A DNA stretch of 64,000 bases from Flaccisagitta enflata. Lineage: Eukaryota. The stretch lies in contig OZ231126.1 of the NCBI GenBank assembly GCA_965153355.1, forward strand, positions 9,114,001-9,178,000. The letters run 5' to 3'. The notes under the pieces are model-generated. The model worked only from the letters and a program-made list of their open reading frames with translations, had not been told where the DNA came from and made no database searches. Shown here in pieces: positions 36,601 through 64,000 of this stretch. The position numbers and the translations under genes are program-made. Position 1 is the stretch's first letter; each line of letters opens with the position of its first letter.

Positions 36601-37486
36601 ATGTGTCTTTGTTTGTGTGTGTGTGTGTGTGTCCTTGTTTGTGTGTGTGTTCTTGTTTGTGTGTGTGTGTTCTTGTTTGTGTGCGTGTGTTCTTTTTTTT
36701 GTGCGCGTGTTCTTTTTTGTGTGCGTGTGTTTGTTTGTGTGTGTGTTCTTGTTTGTGTGTGTGTGTTCTTGTTCGTGTGTGTGTGTTCTTGTTTGTGTGT
36801 GTGTTCTTGTTTGTGTGTGTGTGTTCTTGTTTGTGTGTGTGTGTTCTTGTTTGTTTATGTGTGTTTGTTTATTTCTGCGAAAGCGAACTTTCGATATTTT
36901 ACGCAGAATGTATACGACATTCTTTCCCGCCTGGTCAAAACGCGGACGTGGTCCAACACTACAACGCCTTTTCCACCGTCATTCGATCTCAAGTCGCCCT
37001 CGCCTCCAGGTGAATGCGAGAAACAAAGAGTGTTCTGCCTTTTTACATGTTAGAGGGAAAATCTTAGCGTAGGGATTGTCGTCTTTCTTCATAATCTGCA
37101 AGGCCATATAGCTTATCTATTTCACTCTGATATAGTCTTTGATATTGTCTTTGATATTGTCTTATTGTTTAATACTGTCTGTTAAATCTGGAAAATGAAT
37201 CCATGTCCTTTTGGTATTTCGATTCAGTCTTCACGATGCGTTGATCAACTGCGCCGACCAGATAAGCACCGTCCCTTCTTCCTCCTCCTCCACTCCTGCT
37301 GGCGTCCCTTCCTCCTCCTCCTCCGCCGCAGCCGCCTCTCAATCTCATCGTTTCGTCCAGAATGGTCAGCCTCAACCGGGGACTCAGTTTTCCGCGGGTG
37401 GCCTGGCCGTCCCTCCGGCGACTACTGCCAACAACGCCCCGACCACTAATGCCACCCCAACCACGGCCACGAACACAACTTCATGA
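35456..37486 (+). CDS. MED29: Mediator subunit 29 (intersex-like)
   Basis: Exons 35456-35522, 35648-35811, 35928-36070, 36286-36467, 36907-37009, 37228-37486. KMKALVPHLKKAL..VEKALEEFFAICDQLEMHL..VIRSQV..LHDALINCADQI matches MED29; Q/M/P-rich N-terminus. Confidence 0.9.
36485..36870. repeat. (GT)n compound microsatellite
   Basis: Direct inspection; MED29 intron 4. Confidence 0.95.
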
Positions 37487-37656
37487 TTCACTCGATAATT
37501 GCGGTTCTCATCTCACCGTTCGGGAATAGACGGCCCAAGAGGACTCTTTCTGCAGCTGACTTTCGCAGAAAAATTGGATTATTCAGAAACCCGAAATTAC
37601 GCATCCCGTTACCTCGCCACTTACGTGGTCTTTCACGAGTTCGTCTATGATGTGAA

Positions 37657-37801
37657 AACAAGGCCGGATACACGGCAATCCAGTCGCGGACGGTTGGGCA
37701 GGAGCAGTTATGCGAAAACCGCTCGCAATTCAGAAATGTGTTACGGACGGACCGACCGACCGACACGGTAAGGTGTAGAGTCGCGTGTCCGCGACTAAAA
37801 A
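37657..37801 (-). mobile_element. HINE-like element
   Basis: AACAAGGCCGGATACACGGC, subTIR AGTCGCGGAC, hairpin AGTCGCGTGTCCGCGACT. Confidence 0.8.
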
Positions 37802-38205
37802 CTCACTTCTTTCTACTCGTCTTACTTCGAGACGAATCCACGATCCGTGCCATAAATCCCTCGTTGCTCCTTTTGTTATTCTCGCCTTGTTCAACTCGCT
37901 CTCGCGTAATATTTGTTCTTTTACGATCATCATTACTTTCTTTTCCAGTTCTCTAGTCATTCCTCTCCTTATCGGCATTATTTTACTGTTTGCTGCTGCG
38001 TGCGGCCAACTTACTCTTTTGACGCTTGAGGTCATATTAGAGAGCCTGCCTAAATTTCTAGTGGATTTCAGTTTGTCTCCCTCGTTACGAAGATTCGATG
38101 GCATAGACCCTATCCGTATTGAAATTATAAGCCGGAAGATTCTGTTTCTGCTGGCAGCGCGACGACGCGTTTGTTCATTTGTTTACTTTCTCATCCGACT
38201 CAAAG

Positions 38206-41200
38206 ATGGCGTCTACAACCTCTTCCTCCTCTTCCTCCTCTCTCGTGCCCGAGTTTCGTTTGGGCGAATCTCGTTACGACCAATCGAGTTTCCTCGGTCG
38301 CCTCCAACACTTCCTCGACGTCGTCGATCCGCGGACGCTCTTCGTTTCCGACGCCCAACTGCAAAACGCCGTGGATCTGCTTCGAGCCTTCGAAACCGGA
38401 AATGGACAAAAACTCGAAGGAGTCGTCGACGAAGATCTTTGGCAGGCGCAGAAGATCAAACAGGTGCGTCCATTGAGTCGTTGAGCCATTGTATTTGAGT
38501 CCATTGACTCTCCATGAAGTTTGTCAGATGGCAATGATATCAATGAAGCGTTAGAGAGCTCTTTTGCTATTTCTTCATTAGAGGTGCGGATTTTGCTATG
38601 CTGCTACATAGCATGGAAAATTCAGTACAAGCTGCCATATTTTTCACACGCACATTGGCTATGGACCGTATCAGTTAACTTCTTCCCGACAGATGCCCCT
38701 TTGTTTATCCGAATTGTTCAATCGGTGATGCTTATCAACGGAATTTTAGCAACTGTTAGTGTTACGGCCCTTCATCAGCTGCTTTATGTTGTCCAACTCA
38801 TGTAGAGCGCGGCAAAGTCTGTGAGGTAGCTAAGCATGAATGTAACCAGCTCAACGCATTCCGTTGCCGGGGTGAGCCGTGGCGTGCTAAATCGCTCAAA
38901 AAAAGAAAAAAACAAGCGAATACGGACATTAATCTCTCCTGTTTATGTGTCCTTGTGTCTATGTTTATCCCTTCGAAGAAAATGCAATTGTGTTGGAGTG
39001 AAAATCCTTCTGAAATAGAATTCCTGTTTTGCATTGTTATTACAAAGTCATCTAGCCTTTATTCGTTCATAAGAATGAAGAATAACCAACACTGAGAACG
39101 ACTTCATTTCTTATTCAAGAATGCTTATTGGCGTGTATGATTCCTTTAGCTGCATTATGCAAATGAGTATTTCATCCACTGAGACAAACAGAGCGGCAAA
39201 TGTCGATTTTGAATGTCATTCTTTTAGGCAAGCCTGCACCCTGTCATTTCTGTACAGGCCATCATTCCTGCTAACACTGGCGTGAAAGTGTTCATACCCT
39301 TCCGTATCTCTGGCTTCGTTCCGTTTGGAGCTTGCAATGTTCTGAATGTCACTCAATCAATCAAATAGTCACCTTGTCACATCTACACAGGCCATCATTC
39401 ACCCCGACACCGGCGAGAAAGTGTTGATGCCTTTCCGTATGTCCGGTTTCGTTCCTTTCGGCGCCCCCATCGTCTTTGGGATTTTGTTGCCCAATCCTTC
39501 GCTGCGCCAAATGGTCTTTTGGCAATGGCTCAATCAAAGCCACAACGCCTGCGTCAATTACGCCAACAGAAACGCGTCACAACCAACGCCAATGGAGAGA
39601 TTTCTGGCAGGGTAAGTGGCAATCGGACCATCACAGCAAACAAAATTTAAATCAATAACAAGCCGAAATCGAAACAACAAGGCCGGATACACGGCCATCA
39701 GTTGCGGACGGGTGGGCAGGGGCAGAAATGCGCGTTTTCCCACTTTTCAACTCGATCACCACGGACCGACCAACGGACGGACGGACAAAGCCTCTTATAG
39801 AGTTGCGTGTCCGCAACTAAAAACGAACAAATCAAAAATGAACAAAACAAAAACAAAAGAAAACAAAAATGAATTTAAGAAACTAGCAATAAAAAACAAA
39901 ATAACTAGCAATAAAAGATAAAATAAGAACCTAACTAGTTTGCAGCATTAACATCAGGGTGTCTAGATACAGTTGTCCAGTTCTGATATTTGTTGAAGGC
40001 TGCTTTGGCTCTAAATGACGAGGTTTCATCCTTATTTTCTTTTTGTCTCAGGTATGTTGGCGCCATCTCCAGCGCGTGTGGCATCGCCGTGGGTCTGAGC
40101 GTGTTGTTGCGCCGGGCGACATCATTCGCACCGACGACCCGTCTCATTGTGCAGAAGTTCGTGCCATTTCCGGCCGTGGCCACCGCCAGCGTCTCTAACT
40201 GCATCCTCATGAGATTCTCCGAACTCAAAGAAGGAATCGAAGTCAAGGACAAGAAAGGAAACGTCGTTGGCAACTCGAAAGAAGCAGCAAAGAAAGTATG
40301 AAATCATATATACATCTATCTATCCATCTATCTATCTAATGACTCCAAAATTTGAATAGCAGAGGTACCGATTCTATGCATGGTAGCAATCATACTTGGC
40401 AGGAAAGCGCCAAAGTGCGGCAGATGGGGGGGGCGGAGTGAAGGGAGAAACAGGAAAGAGCCGAATGTCAGGTTTTCGGTTAACCCTTCGTGAGCCTTGC
40501 GCCATTGTCTAAAATTGACAAAATAAGCGACCAGGGGTGTATATACTTCCATAACTGCCTTTGATTTTCTTCCTCGCGACGCATCGCGTCGCGTTACCAA
40601 ATCAATGTTTTTCTTCCAAATAAACCACAAAAACTGGGAGTTTAAGGTTTAATTAGTGTTAAATTATGTTTAACTTATCATGTTTTATGATTTTTTATTG
40701 CCAAAAGTTATATTTTCCCCAAGTTTTCTTTTTTTTCTCTTTTTTCCTCCTTACTTTTCCTTCCCTTTCTCCAAACCCTTTGACTATTTCCCCCCCCCAC
40801 CGGGGGGGGGGGAATACGGAACAATATACAGGCCTGTAAGCGACAGGCCGACAACACTTGCGCAGGTGATTTCATCTACCTCAAAACTTCCTGCCATTCT
40901 GTTGCTTTCGGTGGATGAAATCCTCATTTGCATATTGCAGTCAAAAGATTTATAAACGCTAATAAACGTTCTTGAAACGAAAACGAAATTCTCAGTGTTG
41001 AATATTTCCTCGCTTTTATGACCGACGTAGCGCTCGCGATGAATTTGTAATAACATTGCAAATGAGCAATTCTTTCTCAAAATGTTTTTCCCAGACACAA
41101 TCACGTTATGTGCGAAGGGATATTATAAATCAAGGCCGGATACACGGCTACCCCAGTCGCGTGCGGGTGGGCAGGGGCCATATTTGAGGTCAGTGGAGCA

Positions 41201-41453
41201 TTTGGGCAGGAGCTGTATCGCCAAAAACCCCATAAATGCTGAAAAAGTAAAGTGTGACGGACCAACGGACCAACGGACGGACCGACAAAGCGGGGTGTAG
41301 TCGCGTAGCACGCGACTAAAAAAAAGTCACCACTGGTTAATGTAATTCTATCCACTCCGGTACCGCTAGCGCCGTATGGGAGTCTATGATATTGGGGGTG
41401 CCACCTTCAATTTGTACCACGACAACTTCTTAGCGTCCTGACCAATCCTACCT

Positions 41454-41541
<88 letters not shown>

Positions 41542-44500
41542 CCTCTATCAAAGGTGTGTGTCCCAACAAGGGGCCGCCCTGGCGGCCCCTTGCCATACGG
41601 CCCTGGGTATCGCATTTACGCGGAGGCGGAATGAGTTGGCGTTTGTTCCAGAGTCAAAATGCCGGAGCTACAGTACGATGGGAGCAATGAGCTCCTCAGA
41701 AAGAGGGTCATTTCCTGCTTCCGTATTTCACTGAAGTGGCTCGTGCAATGGTTTTCCTGAAAGCTAGTGGGTCAGAGCATTGCGTGAATACAGTTATATG
41801 ACTCTAGCTGTAACTGTTGACCAAAAAGAAAAAAAGTCCATCACCCGTTCAGTTTCGAACCCGCTACTTAGAAGAGAAAATTCTCATCCCAAGTTCAACG
41901 CGCTACCAATAAAGCTACCGCGCCGCGGGTTATTGGAAAGTGCCAATCGTTGGTTTTGTTTTAACTGACTTGGTGTGTCTCACCCTGAGCTCGATATTAC
42001 GAGAATTAGTTTCGTTTGTTTGGCTTCGCCGAAGATTTTTATCTCTTGCATGTTTTATTTCATAAAATGGCTTAAAATTATCGTAGAAACTTTTTTAAAA
42101 AAAGGAATTAAAGGGTTTTAAAAGATCTATCAAACAGTGTTGGTTTCATGTCGATCACATTTGCACGACAAGGACAGGAGCGGATCAAAGACAAACTAAA
42201 AAAAGCTGGAAATTATTCAACCCCTTCGTCGTTGACTTAAGGTGCAGGTAATATGTCAGCAAATGTAGGGGTGTTCATGAACAATATTTTATTTGACTAC
42301 AGTTAAACCCCGCAATAACAGATGTCAAGGGACTAACAAATTTTACTCACTATAGGCGGATTTCCCTTATTGCCGATATAGAAATTAAAAAAAATTGACA
42401 TACAGGAACCAAGTTCTTAGATCTGTTATAGGCGGATTTTCCGTTACTCTTGGGTCCGTTATAGCGGGGTTCAACTGTATTTATAAATATGTAACAACAA
42501 TATTTAAGTAAACAGTTTTTTTATAAAAAGCTAAACAAAAGCATATTTATAAACAGCAAAAAAAAAAAATGTTTGTTTACGGATAATTTAATTGATCATT
42601 GATTTTATTTTTATTTATTTTCATTGCAAAAAATTTTTTTATTATGAACTTTTCATTAAAGATCTTTTTTTAAAAATTTTATTCAAACAAGAATTTCATT
42701 ATAACAAGGCTGGATACACGGCTATCTAAGTGGCGTACAGGTGGGCAGGGGCTATATTTGAGGTTGCTTCATCATTTGGGTAGGAGCAGTGAGGTTAAAG
42801 ACTGAAAATAAAACTCTAGAAAATATTGACAGACCAACAAACGGACGGATGGACCAATTAAGCGGGTTGTAGAGTCGCGTACCACGCGACTAAAAATCTT
42901 TGAAAAAATTAATGAAAGAAAATTATATAACTCAACAATCTTTATTCAAAAACATCAGAAAATTGACATAAAAATTTTTTTTTAAAAGTAAAGAATGTTA
43001 CTTCTTAGTAATAACAATATAAGTTTAGGAATGAATTTTATTGTTCATTTATGGACACACACTATTTACCCTTTATTATCAAAATTATTTAATGATAGCT
43101 ATTTTTATAGATTGATTAATTTTTCTATTAGACTGTTTATGAGCATGCCTTCATATCCCGTTCATGAACATCCCATAATTCGCTAACGGAATATCTCCAA
43201 CTTTTTTCCCCTGCGCTCCTCTTACATTGACTGCTGCTTACAAGCTGCGCCGAATATTTGGTCTAATGCTGCTGCTGTTGCTGCTGCTTCAGACTGAGGC
43301 CGCATCGCTACAGCTGACCAGATGAGTTCGTTGTTGGCTAACACCTAACAGTGCGCACTGGCAGCGAGCGCTGACAAAGATGCAATAGCGCCTCTAAAAT
43401 GCCAAAACACTGAATCAGTTCACGTTTTATATGTACAAGAAAATGGGTAGACATTGACCTAGAATCCGCTCTGTTTGTTCTATGAACTTGATTTGTTTCA
43501 TGGGTAGGCACTATGTTGGGAGAATGGTGTGTGTTAAATCTCATGATTCTATCATGAATTTTTTGTTAGTTATGAATATTTTTAGTCGCCTGCACGCGAC
43601 TCTACAACCCGCTTTGTCCGTCGGTCGGTTGGTCAGTTGGTCACACTTTATCTTTTTTATGATTTTATTACTATGACCTCCATGCTCCTGCCCAAATGGT
43701 CTGGAGACCTCAAGTATGGCCCCTGCCCACCCGCACGCGGCTTCGGTAGCTGTGTATCCGCTGTATCCGGCCTTGTTTTATTAAATCCTGACTTCAATAA
43801 TGTCCGAGAGAATGGTACAGCTTTCATGTCGATCGCGTAAGTTCAGGAAACTAAGTTGCGAACTGCGCGGGGATGAAAGATCGCCGCGCGGTTTCTACTT
43901 TCACACTTATTAAAAATGTTTATAAATTTCGAACGGTAAGAGATATCTGTGTGAAATTCTAAACTTGTAATATTTACACATCAGACCGCTCACTGACAAT
44001 TATTCAAGGTAGTCATGACTGGCAAACATATCAAAAAACTTCGATGAATTTCACGAGTGAAGGTTTATATCTAAAATGGACGTTTTGCTCGTTATGAAAT
44101 CAAATAAAATGTATCGAACCAATACTATTCGAAAGCCCTCGAAAAACTCTTTAATTCCTTTTTTTAAAAATGTTTCTACGATGAGTTTGAGCCATTTTAT
44201 GAAGGAAAGTATGCCAGGAATAAAATCTCCGCCGAAGCCGATCAAACAAGACGTATTTACGCGGCGTCGTCTGGGAGCTAAGTCGTGCAAACTGAATTAT
44301 GTTAAAAGTACGACTAACCTTGTCAAATTGCCTGTGGCGCGATAGCTTTATTGTTAGCGTGCTGAACTTGGGATAAGATTTTCTTTCCTAGGGTGCAGGT
44401 TCGAGACTGGGGAGATGATAGTATTTTTTTCTTTATGGTCAATAGTTACAGCTAGAGGATCATAACTATATTCACGCAACTCTCTGGCCCATCAGCTTTC

Positions 44501-45620
44501 AGAAAAACCATCACTTGAGCTACTTCGTTGAAATGCGTAAGCAGGAAATGAGCCTCTTTCTGAGGGGCTCATTGCTCCCATCGTACTGTATGTCATGGAC
44601 TAAACGGTTTTCGACTCTAAGCAGTGAAATTATGCCATGTTCGACTGCAAGCAGCGAATTTAGTGTACCTACTGGTACTGAGCATCCAGACAAAGAGAAG
44701 GCGGGAACAAATTCACGCACAGTGGTGTACATGTGAAAAATGCGGCAGCTTGTGCTGAATTTTTCATGCTACGCGGCGGCATAGCAAAATCGGCACCTCT
44801 GCACCTCAAAATCTGCACCTCATTCAAACAGGCCTGTATATTGTTCTATATTCCCCCCCCTGGTGGGGGGGGGGGGAAATAATCAAAGGGTTTGGAGATG
44901 GGGGAAAAATGCAAGGGGGAAAAATAAGAATAAAAGAAAATTTGAGGAAAAAAAAACTTTTGGCAGTACCAAATCATTAAAAATGATTTGTAAAACACAA
45001 TTTAAACCTTAAAAACACTGTTTTATTGCTATATGGGGAAGAAAATCATAGATTTTGTAATGCGACGCGTTGTGTCGCGGGGAAGAAAATCAAAGGCAGG
45101 GGGGGGGAAACTAATCAAAGATCATAGAACTATATACATCCCTGCATTCAAAGGAAGTCGTTTCATACCACCAAGCCGGAAAGGCGGACAGGATATCCAA
45201 CTCTCCTAAATAAGGAGTAAACGCAGTTACTTGACGGAGGGACGAGACAAGACGAGACAAGACTATACGTTTGTTTCCATTATAATCGTTTACCATTCTT
45301 CGTTCTTCTTCCCTCTTTTCCAGGCGTTAATGGAAACCGCGGTTTCTCGCGCTTTACTGCCGATTCCTTGCGTGGCGATTCCTCCTTTGATCATGACGTT
45401 GTTGGAGCGCGTGCCGTCCTTCGCTCGTCGGCCTCGACTGCACATTCCCGTCCTCGGCGTCGTGTCCTGCGTCTCTTTCGGCTTAGGACTTCCGGTCGCC
45501 ATCGCGCTTTTCCCGCAATTCGCCGAAATCGCCGCTGAGAAATTAGAACCCGAATTGAGAGCCAAACTCAATCTGGATGACGAGGATCAGAGAGTCCTCG
45601 TCTACAACAAAGGATTGTGA
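38206..45620 (+). CDS. SFXN5: Sideroflexin-5 (mitochondrial inner-membrane transporter)
   Basis: Exons 38206-38463, 39391-39611, 40052-40295, 45324-45620. [73 protein letters not shown] and terminal YNKGL; the residue pattern is SFXN5-like. Confidence 0.93.
39248..39332 (+). pseudogene. Partial duplicate of the SFXN5 exon-2 acceptor and first 25 codons
   Basis: [28 protein letters not shown] versus true [28 protein letters not shown], 133 bp upstream. Confidence 0.85.
39676..39823 (-). mobile_element. HINE-like element
   Basis: Closely similar to the 4109 copy (AGTTGCG subTIR type). Confidence 0.8.
40532..40836 (-). mobile_element. hAT-type MITE
   Basis: CAGGGGTGTATA / TATACAGGCCTG ends; perfect 8-bp TSD TAAGCGAC. 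Confidence 0.88.
41131..41322 (-). mobile_element. HINE-like element
   Basis: subTIR AGTCGCGTGC pairs with the terminal GCACGCGACT hairpin; GACC repeats. Confidence 0.82.
41367..41605. mobile_element. hAT-type MITE containing (CT)n
   Basis: TAGCGCCGTATGG / CCATACGGCCCTG ends; 8-bp TSD GGTACCGC/GGTATCGC. Confidence 0.7.
42300..42477. mobile_element. Tc1/mariner-type MITE
   Basis: CAGTTAAACCCCGCAATAAC / GTTATAGCGGGGTTCAACTG; TA TSD. Confidence 0.8.
42703..42896 (-). mobile_element. HINE-like element
   Basis: Diverged copy of the 41131 type. Confidence 0.75.
43579..43777 (+). mobile_element. HINE-like element
   Basis: TTTTAGTCGCCTGCACGCGACT ... GTCG repeats ... TATCCGGCCTTGTT. Confidence 0.78.
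44829..45144 (+). mobile_element. hAT-type MITE
   Basis: CAGGCCTGTATA / TATACATCCCTG; perfect 8-bp TSD CATTCAAA. Confidence 0.9.
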
Positions 45621-45809
45621 AATGGGTTGAGATTCAAAAAAATCCAACCGACAGCAAATCGACTCTGTTATGAGCAGTTCTTAAACAAGTGTCTCGGAGT
45701 TCAGATTCAAAGAACCTTGCCATGTCTACCGACAAGAGCACTTGAATGAATACGTGACCGACAGACAGATGGACAGCACCTCCTATTGGCATGGTAACAT
45801 GTAGTGAAA

Positions 45810-46110
45810 ACATGCATTCGAGGCTGCTGAGTATGACTTGTTAAACTGTTTTGATGACACTTAAGCTACACTCCGGGCTATGGACGGTCCAGGGGTTGAG
45901 TGGAGGAAGTTCTTAAGTGCAAACGAACTTTGAATAGTCTTGTTTAACATGAATAGCTGAAATTGGAAATTGTTAATTGTGTACCGCATGAGATATTAAC
46001 TGGTCCTGGTATCAAATATCCAACTCATTAGACCTAGCTGCTGGAGTGATTTAACGACGTTCTGGCTCATAAGACAGTGATGAAGTTTGTTGATGATAGA
46101 TTGTTCAGTA
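45810..46110 (+). mobile_element. Decayed non-LTR retrotransposon reverse-transcriptase fragment
   Basis: Ordered degenerate motifs YDLLNCFD (~DxSKAFD), WRKFLS, NCVPHEILTGP (~GVPQGSxLGP), FNDV..MKFVDD, with stops and frameshifts. Confidence 0.5.
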
Positions 46111-46246
46111 ACGGATTTCAATCGATTTTCATGTAGATCATGGGCATCCTGGGACTTGTATCAAACCCATGGCCTACGTTTGCGTTACTTGATTTGTCGC
46201 CTTGTACTTACTAAGGCTTTGTTGCGACTTATATACTACGGATCGG

Positions 46247-46835
46247 CAGCGGCGTAGGGGAGCTGGATTTCTTGGGACTTCAGCCACCAAACTAGTGTCC
46301 GACAAATCTGGTGTCCCAACAGACAATAATATGTAGTTTTTGCTTGAAAATTGTGAAAAATCGTAATACCTTCCATACTCTTGTTTTCTTTGAGATCTAA
46401 GATAAGTGGGATGGGGCCTAATCATGCCTGGTATAGGAGAAAATAGTTATTTTCTTTCTCAGCCACAGCTTGTGCGTTTTGAAGGTGGATGGGAGAAGGT
46501 GATCAGGAATTCAAGAGAGCAATATTTCTAACCTGTCACTTTCAATTTCTAATCTCTCATAGGCTTTATGAGTCCATGTATCAGTCTTTTTGTCTTTCTG
46601 TCGGTTTTACTATTTTTTTTTCTTTTTGTCTTCATCTTTTGTTTCATCTACTTTTCTTTTACTTTTTCACTTTTCCTGTTTGTCCGTCTGTCTGTATCTG
46701 TCTCTGTCTCTGTCTGTTTGTCTTTTTTTCTTCCTTTCTCTTTCTTTTTTTCTTCTTTGGTGTCCCGACAACTTTGGTGTCCCGACAGCAGGGACATCAA
46801 TTGATGTCCCTGATGTCCCTTGTCCTACGCCGCTG
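46247..46835. mobile_element. hAT-type MITE
   Basis: TIR CAGCGGCGTAGG / CCTACGCCGCTG; perfect 8-bp TSD CGGATCGG. Confidence 0.88.
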
Positions 46836-47240
46836 CGGATCGGTCATCGAAAAACCAATCAGATCCCCAATTTTGTTATTTCTATTCTCTAGTCTAATTA
46901 TACACTCAACTCGTTGATGTAATATTTACTTTCATGTTATTGTTGAATTACTTTTTTTTTGTATTTGAGGTCGAAATACAATTTTAACGAGAGATTGAGC
47001 GACTAATTTTATTTATGCAACGTGGACATTTTAGAAAATTGTGATGAAAAAACTCAATTACATGAGGAACCTAATGAATTTGTGGAGGTATGAGTTAATC
47101 AACAACTAAGCAGATTTCTCTGTGCATGTAGACGTTTGCAAATGAAGCCGTCAACCTCAGCCTAACTAACACGTGAGGTCTGAATGGGAGACTTGATATA
47201 AGCGCCTGATCGTGTGAGAGAGTTTCGTGAGTTAGGCGCC

Positions 47241-63918
<16,678 letters not shown>

Positions 63919-64000
63919 GTTTGGTCTCGTTAGAATTGAAATGAGTTTGCTTCTACTTATCCTTCTTCTTCTTCTTCTTCTTCTTCTTCTTCTTCTTCTT

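Larger units (their letters stand above)
41671..44588. mobile_element. Large foldback element (~450-bp diverged arms) with nested insertions
   Basis: CAGTACGATGGGAGCAATGAG / CTCATTGCTCCCATCGTACTG with TA flanks; arms 41671-~42120 and ~44140-44588 align in reverse complement. Confidence 0.75.

Noticed and set aside
36158-37072. Long CV/HSF-repeat ORFs (also RE/SL/TH ORFs at 54099-58507)
   Set aside because: Microsatellite translations; only the embedded true exons are coding.
44336-44430. Functional tRNA-Pro gene
   Set aside because: Anticodon and acceptor stems do not pair properly; it lies within a repeat arm and is reported as tRNA-derived only.
40360-44801. Single element bounded by CAGAGGTRCCGATT inverted ends
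   Set aside because: No TSD found and a similar end occurs alone at ~4018, so the boundaries are unsupported.

Overview
Eukaryotic (invertebrate-like animal) genomic DNA with spliced genes; no prokaryotic features. Seven genes lie on the + strand, in order: the 3' part of FUT8, intronless NR2C2AP, a SEPT6-group septin, a p120/delta-catenin-family armadillo gene, MED29, SFXN5 and the 5' part of a TRIP11/GMAP-210-like golgin. A two-RRM Musashi/DAZAP1-type gene is nested antisense in golgin intron 2. Introns are packed with Helentron-associated (DINE-1/HINE-like) elements, hAT and Tc1/mariner-type MITEs, foldbacks and simple or tandem repeats. Most notable: (i) a hidden, in-phase candidate alternative last exon that would give the septin a Cys-rich cluster and a C-terminal hydrophobic anchor; (ii) repeated tandem duplication of splice-acceptor/exon-start junctions, including nine out-of-frame decoy acceptors in front of one catenin exon; (iii) a MITE inserted inside a splice donor; (iv) a foldback element whose two arms carry tRNA-like Pol III cassettes. 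Exon boundaries were read by eye (GT-AG plus phase), and gene identities come from recalled motif similarity, not database searches.
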